A DNA stretch of 64,000 bases, taken from assembly GCA_964234715.1 (NCBI GenBank), contig OZ174291.1. One strand, 5' to 3'. Source of the DNA: Podarcis melisellensis. Lineage: Eukaryota. Numbering within the stretch: the first letter of the stretch is position 1; each line of letters begins with the position of its first letter. Made by a program: the position numbers and the translations under genes. Below the pieces are notes generated by a model. That model had not been told where the DNA came from. It saw nothing but the letters and a program-made list of their open reading frames with translations, and searched no databases. Positions 1 through 12,957 of this stretch are shown in pieces.

Positions 1-964
1 TTCAGGCAGGAGCCTCTCTCTCCCAGCCCTATCCAGGGATTGAACCCAGCATGCAAAGCAGATTGCTCTGCTACTGAGCTATGGCCCTTTACTGACATTC
101 TCAAATGCAAACACAACAACTGCCAAGCAAAAACAACAACCCAGACACAGATTGTGCTAGCTGAGGCGGATGGGAGCTGTAGTCCAAAAACATCTGAAGG
201 GCATCAGGCTGGTCTTGACTGCATACAACTCAGGCTGACAACACATACTGGACTGGATATGAAACATTATTGGAAATCGATGGTAGCATTTCATTCTTTA
301 TACCTACCACCCTGCCAGAACAAATCATGTGCAGTCCAGGGGTGTAACACCAGATACCTCAGTGTTAGTAAAGAAGGTCAAGGGACACCTCCCAGCTTCA
401 CACCTTCCATGGTCCACTAAACCCTCCAACACTCTGCCATTATGTGTTGCATTTTCCCGCCAACCCGGTAATGCAAGAATATCAATTTTGCATGGATAAT
501 TCTTGGTACACCTCCCACCTTCTGGGTATCTCAATTTTAGCTGTGACCAAGAAGAAGACTATCAAGCCCTTGGTACCAGCACTGCCAATGGAGTAGATTC
601 AACCTCAGATCCTGAGCAAAGTGACCCAAAATCTCCTCCTGACCCAATCCCCATCGAGCTCTACTAAGTCATACAGTCTCAATAGACATGAACAGGGGTG
701 GGCGAAGCACCACTGGAGATGCTGTAGAAAAATGGTTCGAGAACAGGGCCCAAGGAATGCTCATGTGGTCCTGCATCTGCAAACTATCAAATTCCCCAAT
801 CTACCACCTACTGAAACCAAGGGGAAAGTGGAACTTCTGCTTCTATCATGAATTTCATTTTTTTTGTACTACCAAGGGATACATGTGCACACCAAAAGAA
901 ACAAAGTGAAGGGGAATTTTACCCTAGGGGTTTAATTCTGTTCCAAATCAGCTTTATGTTGTCA

Positions 965-1255
965 CCAGAATTGGAAGATTTTAGAACAGAACTGGACAAA
1001 TTCACGGAGGAGAAGGCTATCAATAGCTGCTAGATACAATGGCTATTGTTCCACCTCTGCTGTTGGGAGGCAGTACTGTATGCCTCTGAATACCAGTTGC
1101 TGGAAACTGCAGGAGGGGCCAGTGCTGTTGCCACTCAGGTCCTGTTTGTAGGCTTCTCACTGAACCATCTGGTTGGCCACTGTGAGAAAAAGATGCTGAA
1201 TTAGATGGGCCATTGGCCTGCTGTAACAGACAGACTCTTCTTGTAACTTCTTATG
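965..1255 (+). mobile_element. CR1 LINE 3' end
   Basis: Encodes LDKFTEEKAINS followed by the shared CR1 3' UTR. Confidence 0.8.
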
Positions 1256-2885
1256 AGTTGACACTCATAATGCAAACTTGGAACATTGATTTCTTATTTG
1301 TGTTGTTCTTTTTTGGGGCGGCTAGGCTATTTGGTGTTCACTAGACCCCTTTTAATATTTACTATGAACATGGTATTTCACCAAAGCGTTTTTTGTTCTT
1401 GATTTTTGTTCTCTCCTGTTATGAATCCTGTATTTCACCTCTGCTTCTCTTCTGTTTACTCTTCCTGACAGCACAAAACGAGGGATTTAAGTTAACATTG
1501 AGAGGCTCAAAGTACTCCAACAGTCTTTGTGTTGTGCTGTGTTTTTGGAACAGCCTACCAATAACATCCATCTTTTTTTACATTAAACCGGAGCCATTTT
1601 GAAATCAGTCATTAACTTTATTTCCAGCTAGGGCTTCAAAGGGGTCTGCTGAGCCCCAAAAAGCAGATGAATGCTGTCAACAACGGCAAATGATGTTCAG
1701 AAGCCAGCTAGGGCAAAACACAGCAGCCAGGATGTTGGCCCAGATCTGCATTGCTGAGCCTATTATTGCAGTGTTATTTGAGCTCTCAGGTCTCAGGTCT
1801 ACACCCTGATATCTCAGGGTCTGGGATGCTCCTGACCTGGTAATCCTGTTCCTTCCATATTCGTTTCACCAGCTGGTTGGCAAACATCCATGCCCTTCCC
1901 AAAGGCCAATGTTCAAGACGTTCTCATTTCACCAGGAATTTGGACTGTTTTAACTTGGTACCTGGCTACTACAAAGTGTTGCTGTGGGCTAGGGTCAGGG
2001 AGGCTTCTAGTTTGAGCCACATTTGGGGCAGGCTTTCTTATTCCACTCTCCTCAGGTCCATACACAGATATGAATGCCGACTTGAGGATTAAGACACATA
2101 CTCAACAGAGTAGGTAAGGGCCTAGGTCCACAAGGAACTTACAAAGGGACCCAGGGGGCTGCCTCCTCATTCCTTTATACATATTTAAACTGTGTGGCAG
2201 CCTGGCCACAGAGCTGCTCTAAGCAGCTTAAAACATTTTAAAAGTTAAAGGGATAGAGAGACAGGTCCCAGACCACTTTGTAAGTATTTCTTCTTCTTAG
2301 AGTGGGCAGAACGGGGGGCAGGGGTAGGGAGTATGGAATGAAGCCAGCTCAATATACATTTGCAGACTGAGTTTTGCAGTATTCTCATTGTTTGATTTTA
2401 CTGCAGGTAGCTGTCTTTAAATGGTTTCGTAAGCAAACAACCAAAGCACAAATGGAAATGTCTGCATTGATGGTCATATTAAAGAATAATAATTTAGTCT
2501 TGAGAAGGTTGATTCTGAGGTTTGGGACTTGGGAAGACAGATTTTGATATGATTTTAATTAGGAACTAATGAAAACTTGTCAGTTGACCCAGGACTGTTA
2601 TGTACAATGGAGGCTTGGAGTGAATTCTTTCACCCTCCATCTCCTCTGGAGGTTTGCATGCAAAGAATAAAAACCTATTACCTTCATAACCTGTTAGTGA
2701 ATTTCTCATAGGAACCTGGATGGCTGCAGGGAGAACTGCATGCTGGACTAGATGGCCTAATCCAGCAAGACTCTTCTTCTGTCCTGCTTTCTGCACATTT
2801 CAAGAGAGATCGTAGCTCAGGGGTAGAGCGCTCCTGCTACAAGAACACTCGGAAAGCAGAAGAATGAACAGTGCTGGCCCAGGAA

Positions 2886-3130
2886 AGAACGTAAGAAGAG
2901 CCAGCAGGATCAGGCCAATGGCCCTCCTAATCCTGCATCCTGTTCTCACAGTGGCCAACCAGATGCCTGAATGGGAAATCTGCAAGCAAGACCCAAGCAC
3001 AAGAGGCCTCTCACCTCCTGTGGCTTCCAGCAACTGGTATTCAGAAGCATTACTGCCTCTGACCATGGAGGAGGAGTCAAGCCATCCTGGCTAGTAGCCA
3101 TTGATGGGTTCCTCCTCTGTAAATTTGTCT
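2886..3130 (-). mobile_element. CR1 LINE 3' end
   Basis: Shared 3' UTR (ggatcaggccaatggccc...ctgttctcacagtggccaaccagatgcc) and LDKFTEEEPINGY. Confidence 0.8.
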
Positions 3131-4269
3131 AGCAGTCTGAACTGGTGATACAAGGCCGTTTCCAAGGCTCTCATCCTGGGCCCTTTGACAATGGGAGAGA
3201 ACCATACACCTGATAGCAGCCAGCCAGGAAGGGGCAGAGACAGTTGCGCGGAGGAAGCACTCTCTGTGGCACCCACCCAGACCACGGAAGCGGCAGAGCC
3301 TCGCTCACATGCTGGCAACATCTCTGTGAGCAATGGGAGTTTCGGCTTTCCTCCAGGTGCCACAGAAATACAAATAAATAGCTCTAATAACCCCGTTGGC
3401 TCCCCTCCATCTCCCATCGCTCCAGCGTAGCTGTCAGCATCCGAGAGGAGAAAGAAAAAAATAAACCAGAAAATGCTTTCTCCCTCTTCTCTCCCACCCC
3501 CACCACTTTCCACCCCTGCAAAATTAAACAGCTAGATGAGAAAAACATAACAAAACAACAAAACGCTTGTCAAGGCTGGGGAGGGCGATAAGCGGTGGGA
3601 GGGAGGGGATAGAGAATAAATATTCAAATCTCCATGGCAAGCAATTTATTAAAACTGCCAAGCCGGAAATAAAAAATCACGGCTTTCTGTGCTAAAAGGT
3701 GTCATTCCTTCAAACGGCCGTGGCAGCGTGCTCTAATGAGTGAATTATGGATCAAATCCCAAGGAGCCACATTAGCGTATGGCTGCGCAGAGGACATATT
3801 GGAGACGTAATGTGCAGGCTGGGAAAGGGTTGCGCGTGTGTGTGCAAACACATTAAATTCCCTCCCACTGCACAGCGAGATCTATCGAGAGTACAAGTTT
3901 CTTCCTGTGCACCAAACTTCCCAGAAAGAGCAACTGCAATAACTGATTAGATTAACTAACAAGGAAAAAAAAAAGCTCGGTTGCCTCATTAGGCTGGTTT
4001 AAGCCCCCACTAGTGCTGGCAGAATCCAGTCCGTCCTGGAATACACTTGCTGGTTCAACCAGCATATGCAGCTCGGCAGGAGAGTAAAGGGCAGACACAG
4101 AAGGCCTCTTCATGAGTTACGGCCCAGATGACAGCAATGAGATGGGCCAGGCTGGATCAGGGTAGTACCCCCTGGCCCTGGCCCCACTATCATGACCTAC
4201 TGAGCCATGAAAGCATTAGGGGCTGGAGGTTTAAGTGAGGAGCCTATTGTAAGCACACAGAACACTGAC

Positions 4270-4541
4270 TTCTAAGGTGGTTTGCTTTATAAGAAGATCA
4301 TGGTGGGTAAAGCGATCAATGGTTACCAGCCATGCTACTGGAGCCATGCTCTGTCTCCACAGTCAGAGGCAGTAATGCTTCTGGATCCCAGTTGCTGGAA
4401 GCCACAGGGGGGGAGCGATGCTCTTGTGAGCAAGTCCTGCTTGCGGGTTCCCCACAGGCATCTGGTTTGGCCCCTGTAAGAACAGGATGCCGGACTAGAT
4501 GGGCCATGGGTCTGATCAGCAAGCTCTTCTTCATGTTCTTA
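4270..4541 (+). mobile_element. CR1 LINE 3' end
   Basis: KAINGY followed by the shared 3' UTR. Confidence 0.75.
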
Positions 4542-4880
4542 AATAATCCCCACTCCTGTGTTTCAGCCCCAACACTTTGGCAGTATTGAGGCTGTGCAGT
4601 TGGAATGCAATGGAGGGTTGTGGGCAGCAAACCCAGGCCTTACAAGACTGTAGTCATGTAAAGAATGGAAAACAATACTGTCCCTTAACAAAATGCTAGG
4701 AAGCATAACAGCCGATGGGCAGGGTGTGTCTAGATAAAGGCCGATAGAATGTGTCTGCTCTGCAGGTCAAGGGTCAACATCACCTCCCAAAGCAATCTTC
4801 CAGGGGCCACATGCCACTGGTGGGGGCCAGAAGCAAAAGCAGACAGGGCAATGGATATGGCTCTTGGTATTGCCCATTAT

Positions 4881-4981
4881 TATGACCAAACTGCGGGAGG
4901 CAGTGGAGGACAGAGGTGCCTGGCGTTCTCTGGTCCATGGGGTCATGAACAGTCGGACACAACTAAACGACTAAACAACAA
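4881..4981 (+). mobile_element. BovB/RTE 3' tail fragment
   Basis: Same tail as 8905-8974; 12-bp TSD ATTGCCCATTAT (4869-4880 and 4982-4993). Confidence 0.85.
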
Positions 4982-5332
4982 ATTGCCCATTATGCTAGTG
5001 TCATGGAAAAGCCAGAGGTTTCTCCATCCAGGAGAGCAAGAGGCATTACCATAGTTCATCAAGGACACATTCCAGCCAAGCAAAAACACTCAAGGAAGGG
5101 GTGGAGCATAGTCAGTGAGGGGTGTGGCCTAGATAGGAGGTGCGGTCTGAGGAGAGTCCCAAGGTGTCTTGAATCCCGGGGAGACTTCCTGGGGACGGTG
5201 GTGTGATGCAGAGGAGGAGTCACCAATGGGTCACCAATGATAGCTCCTCTAACTCATCTCAACCCTTGTTCTGGTCTGAGCAGCCCCTCCATGATGCCTC
5301 CTTGGGGCTCGGGACACGACACCACTGAGAGC

Positions 5333-5479
5333 AAAAAAAATTCCTTCCAGTAGCACCTTAAAGACCAACTAAGTTAGTTCTTCAATAACTAACTTAGTTG
5401 GTCTTTAAGGTGCTACTGGAAGGAATTTTTTTTTGTTTTTACTATGGCAGACCAACACGGCTATCTATCTGTAACTGGA
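5333..5479. mobile_element. Penelope-like element terminus with inverted duplication
   Basis: Perfect 47-bp inverted repeat (5333-5379 and 5387-5433) and 12-bp TSD ACCACTGAGAGC (5321-5332 and 5480-5491). Family assignment is from recollection of squamate Penelope ends. Confidence 0.7.
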
Positions 5480-5524
5480 ACCACTGAGAGCGTTTGCTTA
5501 TACAGAAGCTGTGAAAGCTCAGGG

Positions 5525-5525
<1 letters not shown>

Positions 5526-5561
<36 letters not shown>
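5526..5561. repeat. (TG)n microsatellite
   Basis: Direct reading. Confidence 0.95.
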
Positions 5562-5562
<1 letters not shown>

Positions 5563-8500
5563 TGTTGGAGTGGACCATACAAATTAGGCGGCATTTTGTC
5601 CAAGTACAATTCAGCACGCTCAACCATCCCCCTCGATGCAGGGCCTTTGCTACGCCACCCTGCCCTGGCAGTCGATCAAACCTTCTGCAGCTGAGGCTCT
5701 CGACTCAGGGTCGCGAACTCTGTGCTGGGATTTTTTTTTACCCAATTCAGTCCATCGACATGCCCTGCCAGCAGCATCTGCATTCTGAAACCTGCACAAA
5801 AATTGTGCACATGTAGCAGAACCGTGTAATTGACAGTTGATGCAGCCAAGTAGCTAAGAGCAGTGGTGTCATCAGGGCAGAATTGGGGGGAGCAGAAGGG
5901 CCCCCCAAACGCAGACATGCTTTGAAAGAAGAGGTGGGGAACCTCAGGTCCAAGTACCAAATGCAGCCCTCTAGTCCTGTCTATCCGGCTTTTGGACTCC
6001 CTCCAGACATCATCCCTCCCACTCTCTGCACTCTGCATCTTCCTCAAGTGCTGGTACCCGACTGGGACATGTCCTTGAACTATGACTAAGTCTCTTGCTT
6101 TTCTCAGTGGTGAGATGCACTGGCCTTTGCATGGCTGGAAAGTGCCCTGCTGCACAAAGGTAATCCATGGCTCTATACATTTTTGCTCCTGGCCCCACCT
6201 ACTACTGCCATGTGGCCCCTGAAAGATTGTTTTCAGGGGAATGTGGCCCCCAGACTACCAAAAAAGTTCCCCAGCCTCATCTAAAAAGCCGTAAATGCTG
6301 TAAAGACAATTAAATCCAAAGATTAATATGATCACTGCCTAAGAAAGTGAGCTCTGAAGTCAGAAACACCCCAGTTCAAGTCCAGTCTCTGCCAAGAACT
6401 CACTAGCCTCTCTTTCTTGGCTTGTCTGCCATGTGTGGAAAAGAATATTGGTACTATCTATAGGATTATATGTCAGAAGGCAACTAGGCTGCTTGTGGGG
6501 CAAACTACCCCCAACATAGAACATCGCTTGTGGGATGTGCACTGGCTACCAATTTGCTACCAGGTCAAGTTCAAGGTGTTGGTACTAACATAAAAGGTTC
6601 TATATAGCTTAGAACCAGGTTACTACAGTATCTCAGATCAGGGCTTTTAGTAAGGCTGCTCCTGCCCTGTGGAATAGCATTCATGTCCAGATATATCAGG
6701 TCCTTACTGTCTTGCATTTTCCACAAAAAAACTGAAGATGTTTCTGTTCCAATGGGCTTTCCCAGCTGGATAAATGGGTCTCTGCCACAAGTGTCCACTT
6801 TTAAACTGTTTTTAATTACAGTATTTTATATGTAAATCGCTTTGAGATAATGGTTTAGAAAGCAATTAATAAATCAACTCTAGTAATTTTTTTAAAAAAT
6901 TTGAACACATAGACAGACAATATGAATAGTACTTTTGCTATTGTAATTTCTCATATTTCACTCAGTTTTTATTTGCTGCCTTTTGTATATTGTTTTTCAT
7001 GTCATTATTGATTTAAATAATGTTTGAAAAGTGTTAATTCTTTTTTATTATGTAAGCTTCAAAGAGCACTTCACATATAAATCCGCAAATAAATAAATCA
7101 TGTTTGGCATAATTGGTTCCGATACGTTTTTATGTAATACATGATATTTTATTGTATGCCTTTTTATTCCACCTTGCCACACAGGAAGCTCAAGGCAGTT
7201 GGAATTATGTATTATTGTTTGTCTCCCCATCGCCGCCCCCCCACCTCCCTGGCTAGGCAGTGAGAGGAACTGTGGAGAGAAACTTATTCAGCCACTCCTC
7301 TCTGGCATCGATTGCCCACATGAACCTTCGAGCCAACTTTCACAATAATGAGAGCTAGAAACTTCCTTTTTTATTTATGATTATCATTTTTTAATAAAAG
7401 TTGATGTTGGCTTTCACGGCCAACATCAAACGCTTTGCACGTAGCCTTGGGCCATTATAAACCCAACCATACACTTTTCCTGGCTCGGAGAAGCCCCTGT
7501 TATCACCTCGGCTCCATCTGATGTTTGAGAGCAAGGTGAGCAAAATGAGAGAATTCTTTAGAATAAGAGAGAGGAAGAGGAAGGTATTAGCCTCACCCAA
7601 CAGGTACGCAGATATCAAGCAGTTTCATGGGGGGGGGGGTGTTGGGGTGAAAATGTGCCTTGCCTGGGACAGCAGCATCCACATTTAAACTGCTGCAAAT
7701 TGTCGTCTAGACTGTCCCTAGGCCATTCCCTCTTGGCGGTGGCGCTTTAATTACTGCGCCACTTATGATTAGATGGGGAAGTAATTAAGCCAGGCTGGGG
7801 AGGGCACGCACTCCTTGCATGCTCTGCTCCCTTTGGGGAGATCCAATCAGAGGGATGCCAGCCCTTCCCTTCTGCCTCCCTTTGATCATCTAATCGAGGA
7901 CAGAAGAATCCAGCTCACGTTCAAGACTAACTAGAGACATGCAGGAAACGGGGCCGAGAGAGCAAATTAAAATCTGCATCTGAGAACTACTTAGTACTCT
8001 AATCTCATATACCAACACCCAGAAACTACCAGGACTGGGGGAATCACAGTGCACCCACAGCCCTGGATACATGTCACCACTCACCTCAATTAATTTACTT
8101 ATTAGGCGCATGCATTTCAAGGTTAGGCAGTGCATAAAAGCTTAGGTGCCCAAGTGCCATTCCTCTGGTATGCAGGAGTTCGAGGAGGAGATTTAAAACA
8201 GAATGTAAGACTGCTTTTGTCAACATAAGAAGTGCCTTGCTGGATCAGGCCAAAGGCCCATCTCGTTCAGCATCCTGTTCTCACAGTGGCCAGCCAGATG
8301 CCCCAAAGAGAAACCAGCAAGCAGGATCCAAGCGCAAGAGCATTCTATTCACCCCTATGGCTTCTCGCCACAGCTATTCAGAAGCATTATTGCCTCCATG
8401 TGGGGGGGGGGTCGGGTATGTGTGTTGGGAGCATATAATTTAAAACAAGATACCACTTTGATATTCTCTGGAGAGTGAAAGGCAGTATAGAATTAGTTTC

Positions 8501-8778
8501 ATTAGCGAAGAAATAAACCAGACATCGTTTTTGTACGCTTCTGATTACATCTGCTAACTGGCAAGACGCCTGCCACGGCGGATGAGGAGGGCAGGTGCAG
8601 CAAGCAGGCTGGCAACTCACAAGGCCAACCCGTTGCAGATGGTTTACAACAAAGACAAAACAATAAGATTATCACCCAAAAAATTAACAGTAATTTTAAA
8701 TGCCTGAACAGTTAAAATAACAATACACTAAAACCAGATTAAAAACTTGCATCAAATTTCTAAGCTTCTAGTTCTAAA

Positions 8779-9014
8779 CAGAAGCAGTTTAGTCCTGCTG
8801 GCCACATGACCCAGAAAGCTGTCTGTGGACAAACACCGGCTTCCTTGGCCTGAAGTGAGATGAGCACCGCACCCCATAGTCGCCTTTGACTGGACTTAAG
8901 TGTCAGTGGAAGACAGAAGTGCCTGGCGTGCTCTGGTCCATGGGGTCACGAAGAGTCGGACACGACTAAACAACAAGTGTCCAGGGGTTCTTTACCTTTT
9001 ATACCCTTACCTTT
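8779..9014 (+). mobile_element. 5'-truncated Sauria SINE
   Basis: Matches the 3' half of the full copy at 32486-32854, has an ACCTTT-type tail and a 10-bp TSD TAGTTCTAAA (8769-8778 and 9015-9024). Confidence 0.85.
8905..8974 (+). mobile_element. BovB/RTE 3' tail fragment inserted in the SINE
   Basis: gcctggcgtgctctggtccatggggtcacgaagagtcggacacgact plus (AAC)n; TSD AAGTGTC (8898-8904 and 8975-8981). Confidence 0.85.
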
Positions 9015-9062
9015 TAGTTCTAAAAAAGAATATTTTTGGCAGGCGCCAAAAAGAGTACAGTA

Positions 9063-9298
9063 TAGTGGTACCTCAGGTTAAGTACTTAATTCGTTCCAGA
9101 GGTCTGTTCTTAACCTGAAACTGTTCTTAACCTGAAGCACCACTTTAGCTAATGGGGCCTCTCGCTGCGCTGTCACCACGCGATTTGTGTTCTCATCCTG
9201 AAGCAAAGTTCTTAACCCGAGGTACTATTTCTGGGTTAGCAGAGTCTGTAACCTGCAGCGTCTGTAACCTGATGCATATGTAACCCGAGGTACCACTG
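9063..9298. mobile_element. Tc1/mariner-pogo type MITE
   Basis: TIR (c/t)agtggtacctc(a/g)ggtta with flanking TA dinucleotides; second copy at 52212-52437. Confidence 0.85.
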
Positions 9299-9754
9299 TA
9301 CAGCGAAGGGGCCTGCCCAATGCCAATGGGCAAGGAGTTCCAAACTGCAAGCGCTGCCACACTGAAGAATCACGTTTTTACAAATGTGGGATGGGAATTA
9401 CGTTCACAGTGGCAATTCTGCCACCACTGCAGCCACGAGAGAGAAAGGGCACCATGAGAGAGAAAGGGCAGGGCAGCTGAGGATTTCCCCAACATGGTGC
9501 CTTCCAGCTGTTTCGGACGGCAAACTCTCCGGAGCCAGGGGCGGTCCGAGGGGAGGCGGTCCGAGGGGGGGGAGGTCCTCTCCGGGTACCATTCCAAAGG
9601 GGGGGGTGACAAAATGCTGACCCTCGATTGGCGACACCCCCCAGGATGCAAGCCATGTCCCCTGGGACAAGCGCCACTTTGGGTACCGGAGCAGGTTGCT
9701 TTGCCTCTGTCGGCAGCCCCAGCCAACACGACTGTGGAGGGCCCTTGGTTCAGG

Positions 9755-9892
9755 GACAGGTCAGTCGGTAGAACATAAGCTTCTGAATCTCAGGGTTGCG
9801 GGTTTGAGCCCCACACTGGGCAAAAAAGATTCCTGCACTGCAGGGGGTTGGACTAGATGGCCCTCGTGGTCCCTTCCAACTGTACAATTCTA
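9755..9892 (+). mobile_element. Short tRNA-derived SINE with CR1-type tail
   Basis: tRNA-like head (tcagtcggtaga...aatctcagggtt) followed by ggttggactagatg...cccttccaac. Relatives at 35566-35685, 42930-43073, 59063-59200 and 61816-61935. Confidence 0.75.
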
Positions 9893-12065
9893 CAAACAGG
9901 TGGGATGCGGCCCACTCCTGGAGGAACAAGGCGCTTTCCTCTCCATCTGGTCTGACTACAGAGCTAGTAGGAGGTTGGGGTGGGGAGGCCGGAACGCCCA
10001 GCTCTTCAGAGCCAAAACTATTAACTAAGCCAGCCGGCCAGCCACGTATAATGCCCATACTGCTGTGCTCAAAGCCACCCCACCTGGCCACGCTTTGACT
10101 CTCCGAGCGCACACAGATGCTACAATTACCACCGCAATTTGCAATCCATGCGAAGACGGGTTGTTCTCCCCGCACCCCACTCTTTTTATGATGCTGCCAA
10201 TAATGGCATAGCGGGCAGCAGCCAAGGCAATAAAAAGCTTCCCTTCATTCTTTATTTTTAAATAATTTGCTCGCTCCATAATTCATATATAAATCCATCC
10301 TCTCCGTGGTCTGGGATTGAACAGCTGCAGAATAAAAACAAGCCCCAGAGAAGACCTGCCCATCCGGGCCAGCACCTCCCTAAGCGCTTTTGTCTCTCTG
10401 GATTAATGCAAAGCAGGGCAGAGACAGGTGAACCTCACGCCTCGCAACCGAGGACAGCACTCAGGGAGGAAAACTGGGCACTGGAATTGGAAGGAGAGAA
10501 GGCCCACTGGTTTGCGGTAATGGCCAAAAAGATAGAAGGCAGCAGACAATCTAAGCCAGGCTTCTCCAGCCTGGTGCCCTCCACCTGTTTTAAATCAAGA
10601 TTCTAGTCCTTAGGACTATGAGGATATGCCTCGATTCATATAGGCTCCATTGCATGCTCAAATCGGAAGGCTGAGTCAGAAAGAAAAGGAGTTTCGTCAG
10701 ATCCATGCAACAAGAGAGGTGCCTATTCCAAGAGGGTTGGTTATGAAGCCCCCTGGAGAAGGGGGAGAAATGTGCTGGGGCCTGGAGGCCTCCAAAGAAA
10801 GGCATCCCTGCGTAAGGAAGACTCCCTCCTCTCCTGCAAGCACTCCCAGCCAATTCCCCGCTTGGCCCTCTGCCTCTTCATTAGTTGCCAGATTGTTGGC
10901 CCTCCGGGTAGGAAAGAACTGCCGTTTTCTCTGTAATGCCGTTGCCGGAGAAATCTAATTAAACCGTGAAGATTCAGCAACTGCTCCTCTGGGCTGCAGC
11001 AGCCGCAGGCAGGGGTGGGCTCGTGGCAGGGCCAGAAAACGTCCAACAGGCCCCCCAATGATGACGACACCCCATCAAAGAGAGCAGCACACATCCTCTT
11101 CGACTGAGCTGCTTAGGGGCCAGGAGTGAACTGATCACCCCCCTGAGCAGCCAGGCTTTGTAATAGAGTTGGCAACAATTAGCAGCGATGGAGGATAAGG
11201 CACTTGAGCAATGCGAGATGCGGTTAAGGCTCCGTTCCCTCCGAATCTCCGTGTTGCTGTTTTGCCACTGCCCTGTAAGATGTTGCAGGACTTCAAGCAC
11301 ACTGGCGGGGGCTGATGGGAGTTGGGGTCCTGCAGCATCTGGGGGGCACCATGTCGATGAAGGCTGCTGTTCTGCATCTTGCACGCACACCCACACCCCA
11401 CTCTCAGCCTTCATTGAGAGCCAGTGTACAGCAGTGGTTTCAAGCACTGGACTGGACTTGGGAGGACCAGGGTTCAAACGTCCACTCAGCCATGAAGCGC
11501 ACTGGGTGGCTTTGGACCAGTCACTGCTTTGGACGTTCATGCCTACCTCTTCCTCTCTTATACAAGCTTATCTTTTGCCACCTCTTCTTAACACCCTCCT
11601 CCAGCCTCCAGCTTCAGGCAGACGCCCCAAGGACTGTCTTGGGCCCTCTCCTGATCCTGTCTCAAGGAAGAACTGCTGCCTGTCTGTCACAAATCTCATC
11701 CTTCCTTTTAAGATTCTACATCGTCTTTTGCCAACTAGGTCCCCTTCAAATGTTTTGGACCACAGTTCCCATCAGCTCCAGCCAGCGTGGCCATTTTGGA
11801 CTCCCGTCAGCCCCAGTCCAAATGAGCCATTATGGTGGAACAGATGAACTGAGTCAGCCCAGGATCCACAGGATCCTGAGCTGGGCATACTGCCACCACT
11901 TGATTGATTTGCCTATCCTCCATCCCTATCCTGCTCACCCAGCCTTCTGCCCCAGATGGGAGGAGCAGCAGGACTGTGAACGCAATAGTGGCTGCACCAC
12001 AGCCCAGCTCTAAAGACTGGATTACAGCCTGAGATCCTTTAGATTGACTAACCAGGCACCCCATA

Positions 12066-12120
12066 AAGAAGAAGAAGAAGAAGAAGAAGAAGAAGAAGAA
12101 GAAGAAGAAGAAGAAGAAGA
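12066..12120. repeat. (AAG)n microsatellite
   Basis: Direct reading. Confidence 0.95.
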
Positions 12121-12604
12121 GCACAACAGGCTCCCCCCCTAAAAAAATGTTGATAATTTAATTATTGTTATGTCTAAAAACCGTAGATAGCAACTGTCAT
12201 TTGGGAAGAGGCATCCCTTTCTTCTTCACCTACACAGGAAGAGGGAATGCTTCTATAATGATGTCTGACACATCATATCCAGGCTCCATGTAAAACAGAA
12301 GAAAGCACTCTTTTCATCTTTAAAAAATATTGTCTTCTTCATAGACAAATATTTGCAGATCTAGTCAATTAACCACTCCAAACTTGTACAATCAATCACC
12401 TAAGATTCCTCTAGGCTGCTGGCAGAAAGAAACTGGATTTTAGATTAACGCCTTTTCTTTCTCCTGAGTGAAACTGTGCTGAATGCCAGCACTGCCAGCT
12501 GAATGTCCCGGCTTAAAATACAGCCCCCCCCCCCTGCTAAAGAGGAACCAAGCGCACAAACCACAACACACCCTGGGCTGCTGACAAATCAAAAAAGGCT
12601 GCTT

Positions 12605-12957
12605 ATCTGTTGGAAGATTCAGGCAGATGAAAGGAAGTGCTTTTGCATGCAGCAGATAGTTAAACTATGGAACTCACTTCCACAGGAGGCCGTGATGGCC
12701 ACCAATCTGGATGGCTTTAAAAGAGGAATGGATAAATTTGTGGCAGTTAAGGCTACCAATAGCTACTAGCCACAATGGCTATGGAGGCAGCAATGCTTCT
12801 GAACACCAGTTACTGGAAGTCACAGGAGGGGAGAGAGCTTTTGTGTTTTAGTCCTCCTTGCTGGTTTCCCACAGGCCTCTGGTTGGCCACTGTGAGAGCA
12901 CGATGCTGGACTAAATGGGCCATTGGCCTGACCCGGCCAGCTCGTCTTATGTTCTTA
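12605..12957 (+). mobile_element. CR1 LINE 3' end
   Basis: IVKLWNSLPQEAVMATNLDGFKRGMDKF followed by a 3' UTR ending cttatgttctt. Confidence 0.88.

Larger units (their letters stand above)
8625..9375 (-). mobile_element. L2 3' fragment hosting nested SINE, BovB tail and MITE insertions
   Basis: Pieces 8625-8778, 9025-9060 and 9301-9375 join into sequence similar to 53640-53920. Confidence 0.65.

Noticed and set aside
10974-12013. Cluster of 188-232-aa overlapping ORFs
   Set aside because: They run through SINE/MITE fragments, have no recognisable domain and no coherent splice signals.
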